From Marsupella aquatica (lineage: Eukaryota; Plantae; Marchantiophyta), in NCBI GenBank assembly GCA_973895155.1, contig OZ316894.1, forward strand, positions 23,434,709 to 23,498,708: a DNA stretch of 64,000 nucleotides. The letters are read 5' to 3'. The translations under genes were made by a program, and so were the position numbers. This document shows, piece after piece, positions 11,864 to 24,876 of this stretch. How positions within the stretch are numbered: position 1 is the first letter of the stretch; the number at the start of each line of letters is the position of its first letter. The notes beneath the pieces were generated by a model that was not told the DNA's origin, made no database searches, and saw only the letters and a program-made list of their open reading frames with translations.

Positions 11864-14800
11864 ATGAGTTTCTCACCACTGAGGGAGGCGAATGCAACCG
11901 TCGATGCACGTCAGCAAGGGCACGATGGTGCCCTTAACATTGGTTCCGAAGAGGAGGATGATGTGTTTCACATTCCGCCCAAGCCCTCACTCGAGATGCT
12001 CAAAAAATGGAGGGTGAGTCAGTTTGTTGTGGACGCAAGATTCCGACACAGATTTGAGATGTTATGGAGATGGAAAATTTATATGTACCGAGGCTAAGTA
12101 TCCCTTCAAGATTCTTTCAGGAAAATATTGAATCGCCATAAGACATCCCTTTTGATCGTATCGAGGCAGCTCTATCCTACTGATTTGATTAACTATCCAT
12201 GGTACCTAGCTGTGCATTCTATCCATCTATGTATCTATCTCTCGTTCAATGGCGCTGGATGGGACACAATTTTCGAAGGCTCTACTCTACTGCCACTTTG
12301 ATCTGCCCGGTCTTGCACGTTTTTATAAGTTGGAGCAGTCAAGCTAAGTTTTCCGGATGAGCCTTCGTCCCTGGCAACTGATCATTTACAGAGCTTATCG
12401 CAAATGATTTGGGAGCTAGACTTCGAACCATCAACAGTGTATTAAACAAAAAAAACATGGATGCAGAAAGCGACGCTTGTGCTGAATGCATCGAGACGAT
12501 TTCGGTACACTTTGGACCTAAAAAATAAGGAGATCCTCGCCGCAAAGGATGAGTTGAAGAACGGGGACTTGGTCAGCAGGTTCAGGACCGTAACGCATGC
12601 CGTTCGGGTATGTTCTCTTTGTTTCTTGCATCCGTTTGTTGCAGATAGCTTGAAGGTGCCGGCCGCCTGCTCTGCAATGATTGAGTACATAATTCCGGGT
12701 GGCTGGTGTTGTACACATTCGTCACAGCAATTCGATCATCTTCTTATTGAGCAGTGAAGCTTTGAGTCTCTGTAAAAACTACACCATAATCACTGCTTGC
12801 GCCTGCATCTGCATCTGCAAGCTTATCTGTAGATTGGTTTTGAGGTGTGTTTGAGAAATTTACCGTGGGCTAAGATAGAGGTGGTCCCAGGTATCTTGCT
12901 GAAGTTGGTGAAGATTACCTTAAATCCAAGGAATTTGAATATTTCAGCCCTCCTTCAACTAGAAGAATTAAGTCTAACAGTGTTCACCCTGGGATATTCA
13001 CTCGTTCGTTCCCCCTCTGGGTAGACTATATTAGTACAGTAACAGCTGGCGGTTTACCTGACTCTTTGGGACCTGTGGCGTGGTGTTCCGTTGGTAGGCT
13101 GTCCAACGATTTAGAGAAGCCGGGCGAAGATTTGGCGAAGGTAAAGCGATTGATCTCTTCTGATGAAACCTGTGCGGTATTTCTTAACATGTTAGCATAG
13201 TGATGTTCTGTGAACATCGAAATGGGGTTGCATGGTAGACAGTGGATAGCTTCGAGGGATAAAGCTTTCGCGTAGGAGAACAAAGAAAACGAAAACAATG
13301 CCCCAAGAAACCTTCAGTACATCTGGCCATGTGGCTTCAGTACACAGAACAGTGTTCACACGGGGAAGTAAAAGTGGTCTAGCGGCTGGACGGAGTTGAA
13401 ATAGGGGGCAGCTAGATCGTTTCGTTGTTTGCCGGGAATATTGTTTGCATTGAGGTTGGTGTTCTACAACAGGAGAACGGAAATATGTCTAGGAACTACT
13501 GTATCTGGGGTACCAATTGACACAAGGCTGGTTATGTGTTTTAAGTCGACCAGAATAGAGGATTACCGTGGCGGGATAGAGTAACACAAAGTTTGGTAGG
13601 TAAGTGCACTCAATTTTAGTCGAAACGTCGAGAGATGGAAGTGGATGAACCAAATGCGTTAGAGCTCGCAGTTCGTCATGAATAAGTTGTCATTAAAGAT
13701 GAAGCCATTTTCTCTTGTCACAGCATGGCATCCTTCACGTTCATGCGCTTTGCCATTAGCAGTGCACCGATAGAGAGACAGTGGGGGGAACAAAATGATA
13801 TGCTTGATTGGGGGTTGTAATGTTGCTCTGTTTCTGATCCTATAACTTCGGGTCTGCAGGTCCTGTCCCTGATGGCTTCGAGATTGGGCCGTCTCAGCTT
13901 GTGCATTTAATGCGAGATCAGCATATCGATGCACTCCAACAACGCGGTGGGGTGAGTTTCCTGCTTACTATTTCCTGCCAGACAGGGCATGCCAGGATAA
14001 TGGACCTTGTCCTGGAGTTCCTTAAAGGCGGGTAGAACAATGTGGAGCAAGCAGTCATCTCAACTTGGATAAACAATAAAAACAAAATTACGCGAAAGTT
14101 AAATCCAGTAAATTGATTATTGTCAGTAAAATTAGGGCCGATTCGTTGAGAGCTGCATGGCGGATATCTATGGCTTGCGAACTGGTCTAAACCACTGAAA
14201 AAAGTCTGGCAATTCTGGGCAACAGCGTAAATTGGGTAATTTACAGTTCGAAGATTGCTTCTCGCAGGTTCCAAACATTGCTCAACTTTTGAAAACGAAT
14301 CTCGAAAATGGAATTGAGGACAATCCTGACGGAATCGAGAAACGAAAGGAGGCATTTGGGAGCAATAAAATCCCAGCTAAGCCCGGGAAAGCATTTTGGG
14401 TACGCATTTATCACAATTCGATGGTTTTCGTCTGTTGCTGGTGGAAAATTCTCAGGGGTTGTGTTCACTTGTTACGTAGTTAATAAATACATTTGCGGCC
14501 AAGAGGACAGTGTAGAGGAATTGATGCTAATGTGCAAGGCAAACACAGGTGCAGTACCACGTGGCTAATCGGTGGTGCTTCTTGTCCACCAGGTCTTTGT
14601 CTGGGAAGCCTGCCACGATACGACTCTCATAATATTAATGGCTTGTGCTGTGGTTTCATTCGGGACTGAGATGTGGTCTAAAGTAAGTTTGCCCAATCAT
14701 CATCAAGTTCACGGGGGTTTGAACCCTACACTTTGCGTTTGTCCCTCTTAATTACGTGAACAATCTTTACCTTCTGTTATTGACATTTGCAGGGTCCTTC

Positions 14801-17800
14801 GCAAGGCTGGTACGACGGTGTCAGCATTGCGGCAGCAGTAGTGATAGTCATTCTTGTAACTGGTGAGTTGGGTTTGTGATGATATTCTCACTCTTTGACC
14901 ACGACTGATCAACTGTGATGAGTGAGGTTTTAATTTCAGTTAGATGTTGCCGGGTGGATTTGTATTTGTTGTACTGTTTGGGACGGATTGCATACTGTAA
15001 GGATGCCGATGAAGGTTGAAAGTTCGGTTCTCAATGACTATATGCACCATTTCTTTCTTATTTTGCTTTCAGCGACCAGCGACTACCGACAGTCGCTTCA
15101 ATTTCGCGATTTGAGTGACGTGAAGAAAAATATTACAATTGAAGTAAGGTCCCAGTTCCTGACGTTAGTCTAATTCTAGGGCCCTTGTGTTTGATTTTGA
15201 CACGAGCGGATGACGATGAGTTTTCTTTTCAGTTCGTTTGTGGAAATTTCAGGATAGTCGTAATACGAGATGTCAGAATTCTAACTTGGGCCGCTGTTGT
15301 GGGAAGTACAATTGATGTAACGTGCTACGAGGATTCTTAACGATGAGTTTTCTTTTATTCTTGTGTGGAATTAGCAGGAGAGTTTATATAAGCGATTCAA
15401 AATCCTCTTGGGACGCTGTTGTGGGGAGTAGATTTGATGTAACTTGCTGTCTTATTCTGCAGGTGATTAGAGGAGGCCGCAGACGCAAAATATCAGTTTT
15501 TGACGTTGTTGTTGGTGATATTGTCAACATCAACATAGGGGATCAGGTGCGAATAGATTTTGGATCAGTTTGAACAATCCCATTTAAGATTTCTTTCCGT
15601 TTCCTTATCTGTGGTTAGTGGATAAGTGATCAATTTCAGTGCAGGCTAGAATCTGCGGTCCGTATCAAGACCTTCCTGACGAATGGTAAAACCATCATAA
15701 GCAGTTTCTTCGTGAGGAAAATTAGCTGAATCTTACCATTCGTTGGTATGTTGGTACTACAGGTCCCAGCAGATGGTCTCGTAGTATCTGGTCAGTCTCT
15801 GACCATAGACGAATCGAGCATGACCGGGGAAAGTCTGCCTGTGAGTGTCTCGCTTTACTAATGAAAGTTCTGTCTCGTTTCATCCCGGGGGGACCCTGAT
15901 GTTGTTTTCGAGTTGGAAAGGAAGCACATGTATGTTAGCATTCTGATGGGCGACAATGTTTTATCAGGTATATAAAGACGCCAAGCAACCTTTCCTGCTG
16001 TCAGGCTGTAAAGTTACTGACGGTTATGGAAAAATGCTGGTATGATTCTTAATTCTTGTGTTCTCCGGCTGTTTTCCTGTGGGCAGGATTCTACTGTATC
16101 AAAATTATACCTTAAAGTCGTGAATTACTTCTGCTGCAATATGTTTTTGATATCACAGTCTGATTCCATACTTTTATGGTTCGCAATTCGTAATTTTGGA
16201 GGTTTTGGTTTGCCTTTCTGCTGCTGTCCAGGTGACTGCTGTCGGTACTCATACCGAGTGGGGTCAAGTTATGGCAACCATTACTGAAGATAACGGAGAA
16301 GAGACACCTCTCCAGGTATTGTATGTTTTGTTTCATTACTTTAGTTACCTTGCGTAATTGCCCTTCCTGAGCTGCGGCATTCGGTGATGGGAGAGACTGA
16401 TGTGCTTGACTTAGACTTGTAACAGAGCGAACGAACCGTAAACTTGGAGATTGTAAAGGACCGCTTTCAGTTGTGTTGGGAAACGGTATTTTCTTGTCTT
16501 GCAGCAGATTATCTGATGCGCTTTGTCTTGGACTTGGAGCTTGCGTAGGTCCGGCTAAATGGAGCGGCTACGTTTATCGGACAAATTGGCCTATCGGTTG
16601 CAGTTTTGGTCTTCATTATCCTGTTCATACGGTAAATCTAAGTCAGAAACGAATGTGTTCTCTGTTGGAAAAATAGGAGTTGAGCTCTTGTACGTCTATT
16701 CACAAGTTCTCACGTTTCAGTACTCTTTGGTAGACTTATCACTTATAATATGTATTACAATGATGCAAATTTGTATTTGATCACATGTCAACGTATCAGA
16801 TAGATTGTATAATTCTGTTTGCCGCGCCCCGCCCCGCCCCACCCCCCCCCCCCGCCACCCCCTGGACACGTTTTCATGTGTGGTTATTGTCTTGAAGGAC
16901 ACTGAATGCATAAAACTTAACCGGTTGTATCTGATTTGCAGCTTCTTTGCAGGGGATTTCAGGAGAAACAAAAAAGCTTCCTATGCCATTCAGGAGGTCG
17001 TTAGTATATTCGCGATTGCTGTAAGTGCCGCATTGGTTTGCATATTTTTAGAAAGCGTGTAACCTGGAATTGTGAATCCGGCTCAAGTTTTCTGTCTTGA
17101 AGAGGCAATGGTTGGTAGAATTTCAGGGCTGGTTTGTTGAGCAATTTGGTAAAATCGAATCTTAGCTGGGTAAGTACAAACGTCAACATGAACTTAAATA
17201 ATCTTAAGGAATGTCATTTGCGGTGTTCGTTGACGAATTGACTGTTTGGTGCCCCAGGTGACTATTGTCGTTGTGGCGGTTCCTGAAGGCCTTCCTTTGG
17301 CAGTGACTCTTACGTATGCACTCCACCGATCCGGAAGTGATGTTTCCTCATTGGGCATCGTCAATTCTGCAAGGGACCGGGCGTAAGCAGAGTCGTCCGA
17401 GAAAATTGGAAACTACTTTCCTGTTACTCATGTGAATTTGCTTGGTGTTGAACAGATTGGCGTATTCGATGAGGAAAATGATGAACGACAATGCACTGGT
17501 AGGACACAGTTTGTGCACTCTTTTCTTGTTGGCTGGCTTGGCGAAAATTTGCTTTCCCAAATATAATTTACTTTTCTGGCGGAAGGTATTGTGTTTGGTT
17601 AGTGAGTCTTTCCTTCTGTTACGGTGAACAAGCAATTTTTGCTTCCCAACCTTCCACCGAACAAGGCATTGCACGAACTGATTACTAGAATATGGATCTG
17701 ATGTTAGGTCCGGAATTTAGCAGCATGTGAGACGATGGGATCTGCAACTACAATCTGCAGTGACAAAACTGGCACCCTCACTTTGAACAAGGTATAGTAA

Positions 17801-20800
17801 GGGAGCTGAAAGATGGTATTTTTCCCTGAGTGTATCAGTGTCTTCAATTCAAGTCGTTTTATTCGGGCGTGGTATTCCCAGAAGCGTGTCCCGGCCACAA
17901 TGGCACAATACTTTATAAAGCTTTTCATAATCTTATGCGGTTTACTTCATTGGGGGAACGTCTTGATTTCCCAGATGACAGTGGCGAAGTCAATCGTGGC
18001 GGGCCAGCTGTTGGATCCCGATAATGTCAAAACCATCCCAGATCAAGTGTATCAAACACTCTTGGTTGGTATATGTCAGAACAGCAGCGGCAGTGTCTTT
18101 GTTCGCAAGGTACCAAGGATTCGTTAAATTCTACAGTTGTCCATCGTTTGGACTTGTGAACGAAAAGTAGTGATATTGATTGAATTTGTCAGTGGATGAG
18201 TTGCGATCAAGGTGAAACTGAACTGAAGGAGTGAGCGATGTTAGTCCCGTGGAAATGAAGCTACTGAAGGAACCGCAAGTTCGTTTCAAGAAAGAACGTA
18301 TCAATTATGAATTCCTTTAAAATTGATTTATGCTTGTTTTCCTTCATATATTTCTGCCTTACCTTCGAAAACTTGGAACCATTTATATATGCAGGATGGT
18401 GAGATAGAAATATCAGGCAGCCCGACAGAATCTGCAGTTCTGGCTTGGGGAGTTAAGGTAGCGATTGTGGATATGATTATTTACGCGATAGCCTTTGAGC
18501 ATCTGAGAGCCCTTAGCAGTATATGTAAGCTCGAGGCTTCAGTTTCTAAAGATCCTGTTTTGCTTCAACTAACGAATTGGTTCGTAGTGCAGATTGGCAT
18601 GAATTTTGATGACATCAAGAGCATTACAACTGTAATTCATGTGGAGACTTTCAACTCCGTGAAGAAAAGAGCTGGAGTGCTTGTCAAGGTCAGTTTGGTC
18701 AGCACTTATGAGTTGCAAAATACCAGACTGCAGATTGGGATCGACTTCAATTATATGAGCACTGTGATTGGTGGATTTGATCGGGAAATCCATTCTCTTA
18801 CACTGGATGAAGCTTAATCCCCCTTCCCAGATTCCTTTGCCACAACGTGTTGCAACTCCTTGTCAAACCCAGTAGGTGGCAAAACCTTCCGAGAGAACAA
18901 GTGCACCTCCGCTCCCATCCGATGGTCGATACCTGCGAAATCTACTGGAATGAACCACCCCCTCCCCAACGATCACCACCCTTTCAGAAACTTGTCCAAG
19001 CTCAAACCGTTGTCTGACATTATAGCCGACTCCTTCCCCGGAATGTTCAGTGGCACTGCCCTCCTCAGTGGCGATAACCACTTGCTTAGTCGTGAACGTC
19101 TTTTGTGCCATTTGACTATAAATCCTTCCCGCTATGGCAGTTGATAAGCTTGGTCTGCCCTGGAGTACCCACCTTGGCTGCCGTGAGCATTTTTTTGTTT
19201 GTTACGTTCAGCCTCCGGATTTTCTTGTCTTGTTCTCCATAAAGCTCTTCCAATTGCAGTTGATGTCGCCGTGGACTTGTGTCAGAGGCCACATGCCTGT
19301 GATTGGTGGACGATTTTGAAACTGAGTGTTTACTCTGACACTGGTGACTTGATCTCGCAGCATCGTGGAGAGGTTGAAGCACATTGGAAAGGTGCTGCTG
19401 AAATGATCCTGGAGCTTAGTGACCGGTGGGTGGATGCAGCTGGTGTAATACAGCCCATGACAGAAAACGACGTAAGGAAACAACAAACATGTGCATAGGT
19501 GTAATATTTTGAGCACGAGATTGATATATATCTTGATTCACAGAGAGCTGACGATTCTCGATTGGCTTGGCAGTTCTGAGTTGTTCTATCCTCCTTCTGA
19601 TCGCCTCTACGCTTGTACGTATTCTTGAATCTGACGTAGTGACTGTCCCATGCAGTCTCTGAATCTGAGAAATCAGATTGAAGGAATGGCTGCGGCAAGC
19701 TTGCGTTGCATAGCTTTTGCTTATAAGGAGCTGGAATCTGAGTATATACCTGTGGATGAGGAGGAGCTCCGAACATGGGAAATCCCACACATACATCTCA
19801 TCTTTCTAGCTGTGGTCGGCATTAAGGCATGTGAACTTGGAGTTCTTCAATTTGCAAGACTCAGGGTAGAACTTGGAGTTCTGCAATTTGCCTAATTTGA
19901 TTAATCTACTTTAGTCTAGAGCTGAACACGTAACTCTCGTCTCTTTTGTTGTAACTAGTGTTAAAAGTGGGAGTTTCAAGTTTGGCTGAACTAAAAACGA
20001 AATTAGAAATAGAATTATGTTCGCAAGTTATGGTGGTCAGCTTATGCACAGAACCCCAGTGAGATGATATGCTTAAAGTGGGATCAGGGGCCCACTTTGA
20101 CTGAAACCCTTCGATCTTCTGTGGAGGTGAGTTCAGTCAAGCGTTACAAAAATTTGGGTACATCGTCAAAAACATATACTGGCAAATACTAGCTTACGTC
20201 TAATTGGGTTGGGGTCAAGCCGCCCTTACACACCTAATTTTTCCCAGCAATTTAGTTGCCACTCAGGTATAGCTGTACACTAAATGCGAGTTTGTTACTC
20301 GACTGCGTGTAAGTCTGCGCAAAACCAAAGACTTCCACCCGGCTTGCTTAGTTGTTTTATGTTCCTGACACGATTTTGTTGCATCACAGGATCCCTGCAG
20401 GCCAGGTGTGAGGGATGCTGTTGGGAGGTGTCAAGCTGCTGGAGTGAAGGTAGTGACTCTCGTATCAAGCAGATGACATGTTGATCCATGAACTGCAAAG
20501 CGAAAGGCTGTTCTAGTGGTGGAGGCTTGAAACGCATTTCATAAATTTTTTATTTGTTCTGTACAGGTCCGGATGGTAACAGGAGATAGCCTCATCACAG
20601 CCAAAGCAATCGCCGAGGAATGCGGCATATGTACCCCTCATGGAACTGTGGTGGAGGGTAGGGTTTTCCGCGCGTGGAGCAAAGAGGAGCTGGAAAAAAA
20701 TTTAGACAACCTTGAAGTAATGCACATCTAACTGAAATCACCAATACGGTAGTGATTTTGGCAGACGTTAATCATTTTTGTTATAACGGATTTTCGATGA

Positions 20801-23800
20801 AAGACAGGGTAGTCGTGCTGACTCGAATGTGGTTTGATTAACTGTAGGTAATGGCAAGGTCATCGCCGTCGGATAAGCTCTCACTGGTCAAGGCATTGAA
20901 GGAAAGGGGTGATGTGGTAGCAGTCACTGGAGATGGTACAAATGACGCTCCCGCGCTCCATCATGTACGTTTCAAAATTATGAAACTCCCTCTCAATGAC
21001 TTGGCCAGCCCACCCTGCATTCCTTTTTCTCACCGTAGAGACCTGTTGGATTATTGAATATTGTAGCGAAGTCTCAAGTTTCACGGGCCATTTGTCACTG
21101 CTAACTGAAATATTGACCTTGTTGCAGGCTGATGTTGGTCTGTCCATGGGAATAGCAGGAACCGAAGTTGCCAAAGAAAGTTCTGATATTGTGATTTTAG
21201 ATGACAATTTCGCATCAATTGTGAAGGTAAAAATTGTACCTAGTGGTTTGTACGATGAACGATGAGCAGCATAAAATTGTACGAAGTATCTTTTGGAAAA
21301 GTCCAGCCTGGAATAATCTGAGGACTTGTGGCGGGAAAACTTATGGTCGTTATCTGTTGATTTCTCACTCAGGTGATACGATGGGGGCGATCTGTTTATG
21401 CAAACATTCAGAAATTTATCCAGTTCCAGCTTACTGTAAACGTGACGGCGCTTGTAATAAATTTTGTGTCCTCAGTAACATCGGGCAAGGTTCCACTGAC
21501 TGCAGTTCAGGTAGGTACAACATATGTAAATAGATTTGCGTCTTAACTGGCTTATAAGGGGGGGATGTGAGCCTGATGCGGGACAGGGTTTCTACATGTA
21601 GGTGTGGGAAATTCGAATTTCGAAGTAGTCTGTCGTGGCTTTGCGAGCAGACGATTGCGCATCATCATTGATTTGATTGTTTTCACTGTATCATTTCGAA
21701 GACTGAACTTCGGTATTGCAGCTTCTATGGGTGAATCTTATTATGGATACACTAGGAGCCCTTGCCTTGGCAACAGAAGCACCAACAGATGATTTGATGG
21801 AGAGGAGTCCTGTTGGGAGGAGGTATGATTTATTCCAGTTGATGTCTCTGAACTCGTTTGTGTCAATGGGTAAAATGCCTTCATCGCAGTGTATTGTTTG
21901 ATCTTCTTGGGGAAAAAACATCGCCGTGAGAAGCCAAAGCAGGTCTCTTTCATGGATATGGTCCTTGCTTTTGACAGTTTTGTTGGAAATGTTTTGCTGA
22001 TGTTGACAGGGAACCTTTGATTACGAACGTCATGTGGAGGAATCTGTTCGGCCAAGTAAGCCAAAGTTCTGACTTGTTTCTAGTGTAGACATTCTACTGT
22101 ATTTATTACGAATTGTATGAACATGATCTCTGAATATTCCCACCTGTTTGACTAAATATTCTGCTCTATATTCACTACTGTTTGCCGACACTATCCTTCG
22201 AGAATTCGGGTAGTTTTTACAGAGTACGGTGTTGAATCTATTGTCCTTTTCTTCTTAGTCGCGATATTCATCAATGTACAATGCGCCAAGACCATTCTCT
22301 TCTCTCACCGCCGTAGTTTTTGAAATACTGTCTCGGCAATTCTCTCATTAATAGCACTCAGCTATTTCCTACCGTGAAATGATGTGTGTGGGTAGTCTCA
22401 TAACCCACACACATCATTTAATGAAAACCGAAATGTAGCAGTTTCTCTATTGCTCCGCGTCAATCGGGCGGAGAATTGATTTTGTTCACTGCCTACAAGT
22501 GAGAGCCTCGCCATAGTTGCAGGGATCTTGGTAGTGTATTCTATAAAGCGAGTTGCAAAGCTAGATTTTCAAGCTAGTTATAGAAGAGTCTGGAGCCCGA
22601 ATGGACTGGCAATAGAGTGTGTGAAGTCCGGAAGGACTAACAAAGCTCGGGTGAACTTTTTCATAAGATTGAAATCGACTCGGATAACGCCCTTTATAGT
22701 TTGGACTCAATGCGACCTGGAAAGTCTCTTGAATGTCTGCTGCCTGTTTACCTGGTGTTTGGTAACATCAGTAGCTGGTGCTCGTATCGGACTTCATGCG
22801 TTATCTCAATATCTGTGAGAACATAGTATAGTGTTGTTATCGTGCAATACTCAGGGTGTCGTTCATAAAAGTGAATCGCCCTTTCTAAAAGTGGTAATCC
22901 CTTGCTCAGACCCAAACATTGTGCCCTTCACTTTGTTCGTCCTTCGTGAAAGTGAAGCTCTTTCCCAAATCTTATAATTTGCTACTCAGGCCTGGACTAC
23001 TCGCCTTCGCGAAAGGAAAGAGTCCTAAAAATTCCATCCAAAATGTATGCGGCTTCTTTTCCTTTTGGTGGAACTGGCTAATAACTTTACCCAGTCCAGG
23101 GGGATGGGCAGAGACAACATCTGGGTCCATCCGCGTCTGAGTTTCTGTATGAGTGAAGCACTAGCGACCTCAGTTTCTGAGGAATTAAGGCAAACAAAAT
23201 ACAAAAAAATTCTAGCTGGTGCGAGTGTAACCGGGACGGGCAGAGACAACATCTGCGTCCATCCGAGCCTCAGTTTCTGCATTGAGTGAAGCCCTGGCTG
23301 CCTCAGTTTCTGAGGAATTAAAGAAAAGAAATCCTACGAGTGGAAGTGTGTGGAGATCACGAAGAGATGGAGGCTACGATTGAGATGGTACAATTTAGGC
23401 TCAGAAGGTGGAGAGTAACTAGGAAAGTGGTGGGTATATTATTGACAAGGTTGAGAAGGTACAATTAAATTAGAAGTATGAACGAGGCTCACTTGAGAAT
23501 ATATTTAGTTCCTATGTTGTTGTTTTGGGGGGTGGCGATAAGTTGGGTGTTCCCACCGGGTGGGATTGCTCGGAGTTAAACAAACCTAACCTTGCAAACT
23601 ACTGCTTGGGACATCCTGATGCTTTCTAAGTATATCTTGTAAACAGCAAGTGTGGTCAATTGTGCAAGTATGAAACATCTTCATAATCTCTAAGTAATCA
23701 TCTGAACGGCCAGTGTGGTAATGTGTGCAGGCGCTCTACCAGATTGTTGTGCTGATGACAATCGACTATGGAGGCAAGAAGATCTTTAATCTGGAGGGCA

Positions 23801-24876
23801 AAACAGATGCTACTCTTATAAAAAACACGATCGTTTTCAATGCTTTTGTCTTTTGCCAGGTGGGTGACTGTACTATCCTTTTCTTGCTGGAAAACAAGAG
23901 GGAAGTAAATATTTTGGGCAAATCATGAGCTGGTGTATTGGTGCTGATTTGTACCATAGCCGCGGTTGATATCAGGTCGTTCTCTGTTCAAGTAAAACCA
24001 ACCTGAGAAGGCTCTTATGAACACTTCCACGATGGTATTTCTATCCACCTGTCTTAACACTCGATTGTTGGAACAGGTTTTCAATGAAGTGAATTCCCGA
24101 CGATTAGAACGGAAAAATATATTTGAGGGATTGCACACGAACTATCTCTTCATTGGCATCATCCTTTGTGAGAGTGTTTTCCAGGTAGGATAAAGCTTTC
24201 TTGGGTAAACTGAAGAGCAACTTAATTTCCTGTTGTATATCCTTTTACACAGGGCTGTTGCAATTGACGGGATGTAAGGCTTTGCGTTCCATGTTTGTAA
24301 TGCATGAGGGAGGTGAAGACCGCTCATGAATGTGTTTCTGCTCTTTGACAGTTTCTGATCGTGCAATTTTTGAAAAAGTTTGCCACAACGCATGCGTTAA
24401 CCTGGGAGCAGTGGCTCATATGCATTGCCATTGGATTTGGAAGCTGGCCTCTTGCGTTCCTCTTGAAATTCATACCAGTGCGAGACAAGCCTTATGTGAA
24501 CACAAGAAGTATAAGACTCAAGTGGAGAAGAAAGAGCCGCCCGCCAACAGTAGTGGTAAGCAGCCGCTCAGCAGGAAAGGACATTGAAGGTATGTTAAAA
24601 TCATTCATGCTATGTCTGGTGTTCACCCGTTCTGATGTGATTGACATATATTGAAAGGGCGTAGTTGGTCAGTAGTCTCTTACCATCTGGAATATAGTTA
24701 ATTCAATCGATTTTCCAGAATTTTAGATATCTCCTGTGTCCTTGTATAGAATCGGAATAGATTACTTGAAGGCATGTTTCGGTATAACTCAATGGGAGGT
24801 TTTTGTAAAATCTCTTCTTGCAGGATCAAAAAGTGATAACGAACCTGTGCTGCCTGCTGGTGGCAGCAATGTTTGA
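11864..24876 (+). CDS. ACA: Autoinhibited calcium-transporting P2B-type ATPase, plasma-membrane type (ACA8/9/10-like), 33 coding exons
   Basis: First exons: 11864-12013, 12467-12607 (CaM-binding WR|[18 protein letters not shown]), 13098-13140, 13860-13951, 14268-14399. Motifs: TGES (~15822), [12 protein letters not shown] (~17280), CSDKTGTLT phosphorylation site (~17760), GIK|[18 protein letters not shown] (~20930), [20 protein letters not shown] (~21725). Last exon 24824-24876 ends in TGA. Frame stays open across splice junctions in the exons checked. Confidence 0.96.
18800..19285 (-). pseudogene. GR: Intron-less glutathione reductase fragment (processed-pseudogene-like), antisense within an ACA intron
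   Basis: With frameshifts, the minus strand reads [34 protein letters not shown]...[87 protein letters not shown]. This is colinear with plant GR as I recall it (..TAKHILIATG..NIPG..AITSDEALSL..EFASIW.GMGA.V.LF.RKELPLRGFD.E.R..VARNLEGRGI.LHP). Confidence 0.85.
22337..22478. repeat. Intronic hairpin with a 17-bp perfect core stem
   Basis: AAATGATGTGTGTGGGT (22377-22393) pairs with ACCCACACACATCATTT (22403-22419). Outer imperfect pairings: GCTATTTC/GAAATGTAGC, AATAG/CTATT, CAATTCTC/GAGAATTG. Confidence 0.75.
23106..23323. repeat. Two ~85-bp direct repeats in the long ACA intron
   Basis: GGGCAGAGACAACATCTG...CCTCAGTTTCTGAGGAATTAA at ~23106-23190 and ~23238-23323. Confidence 0.85.
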
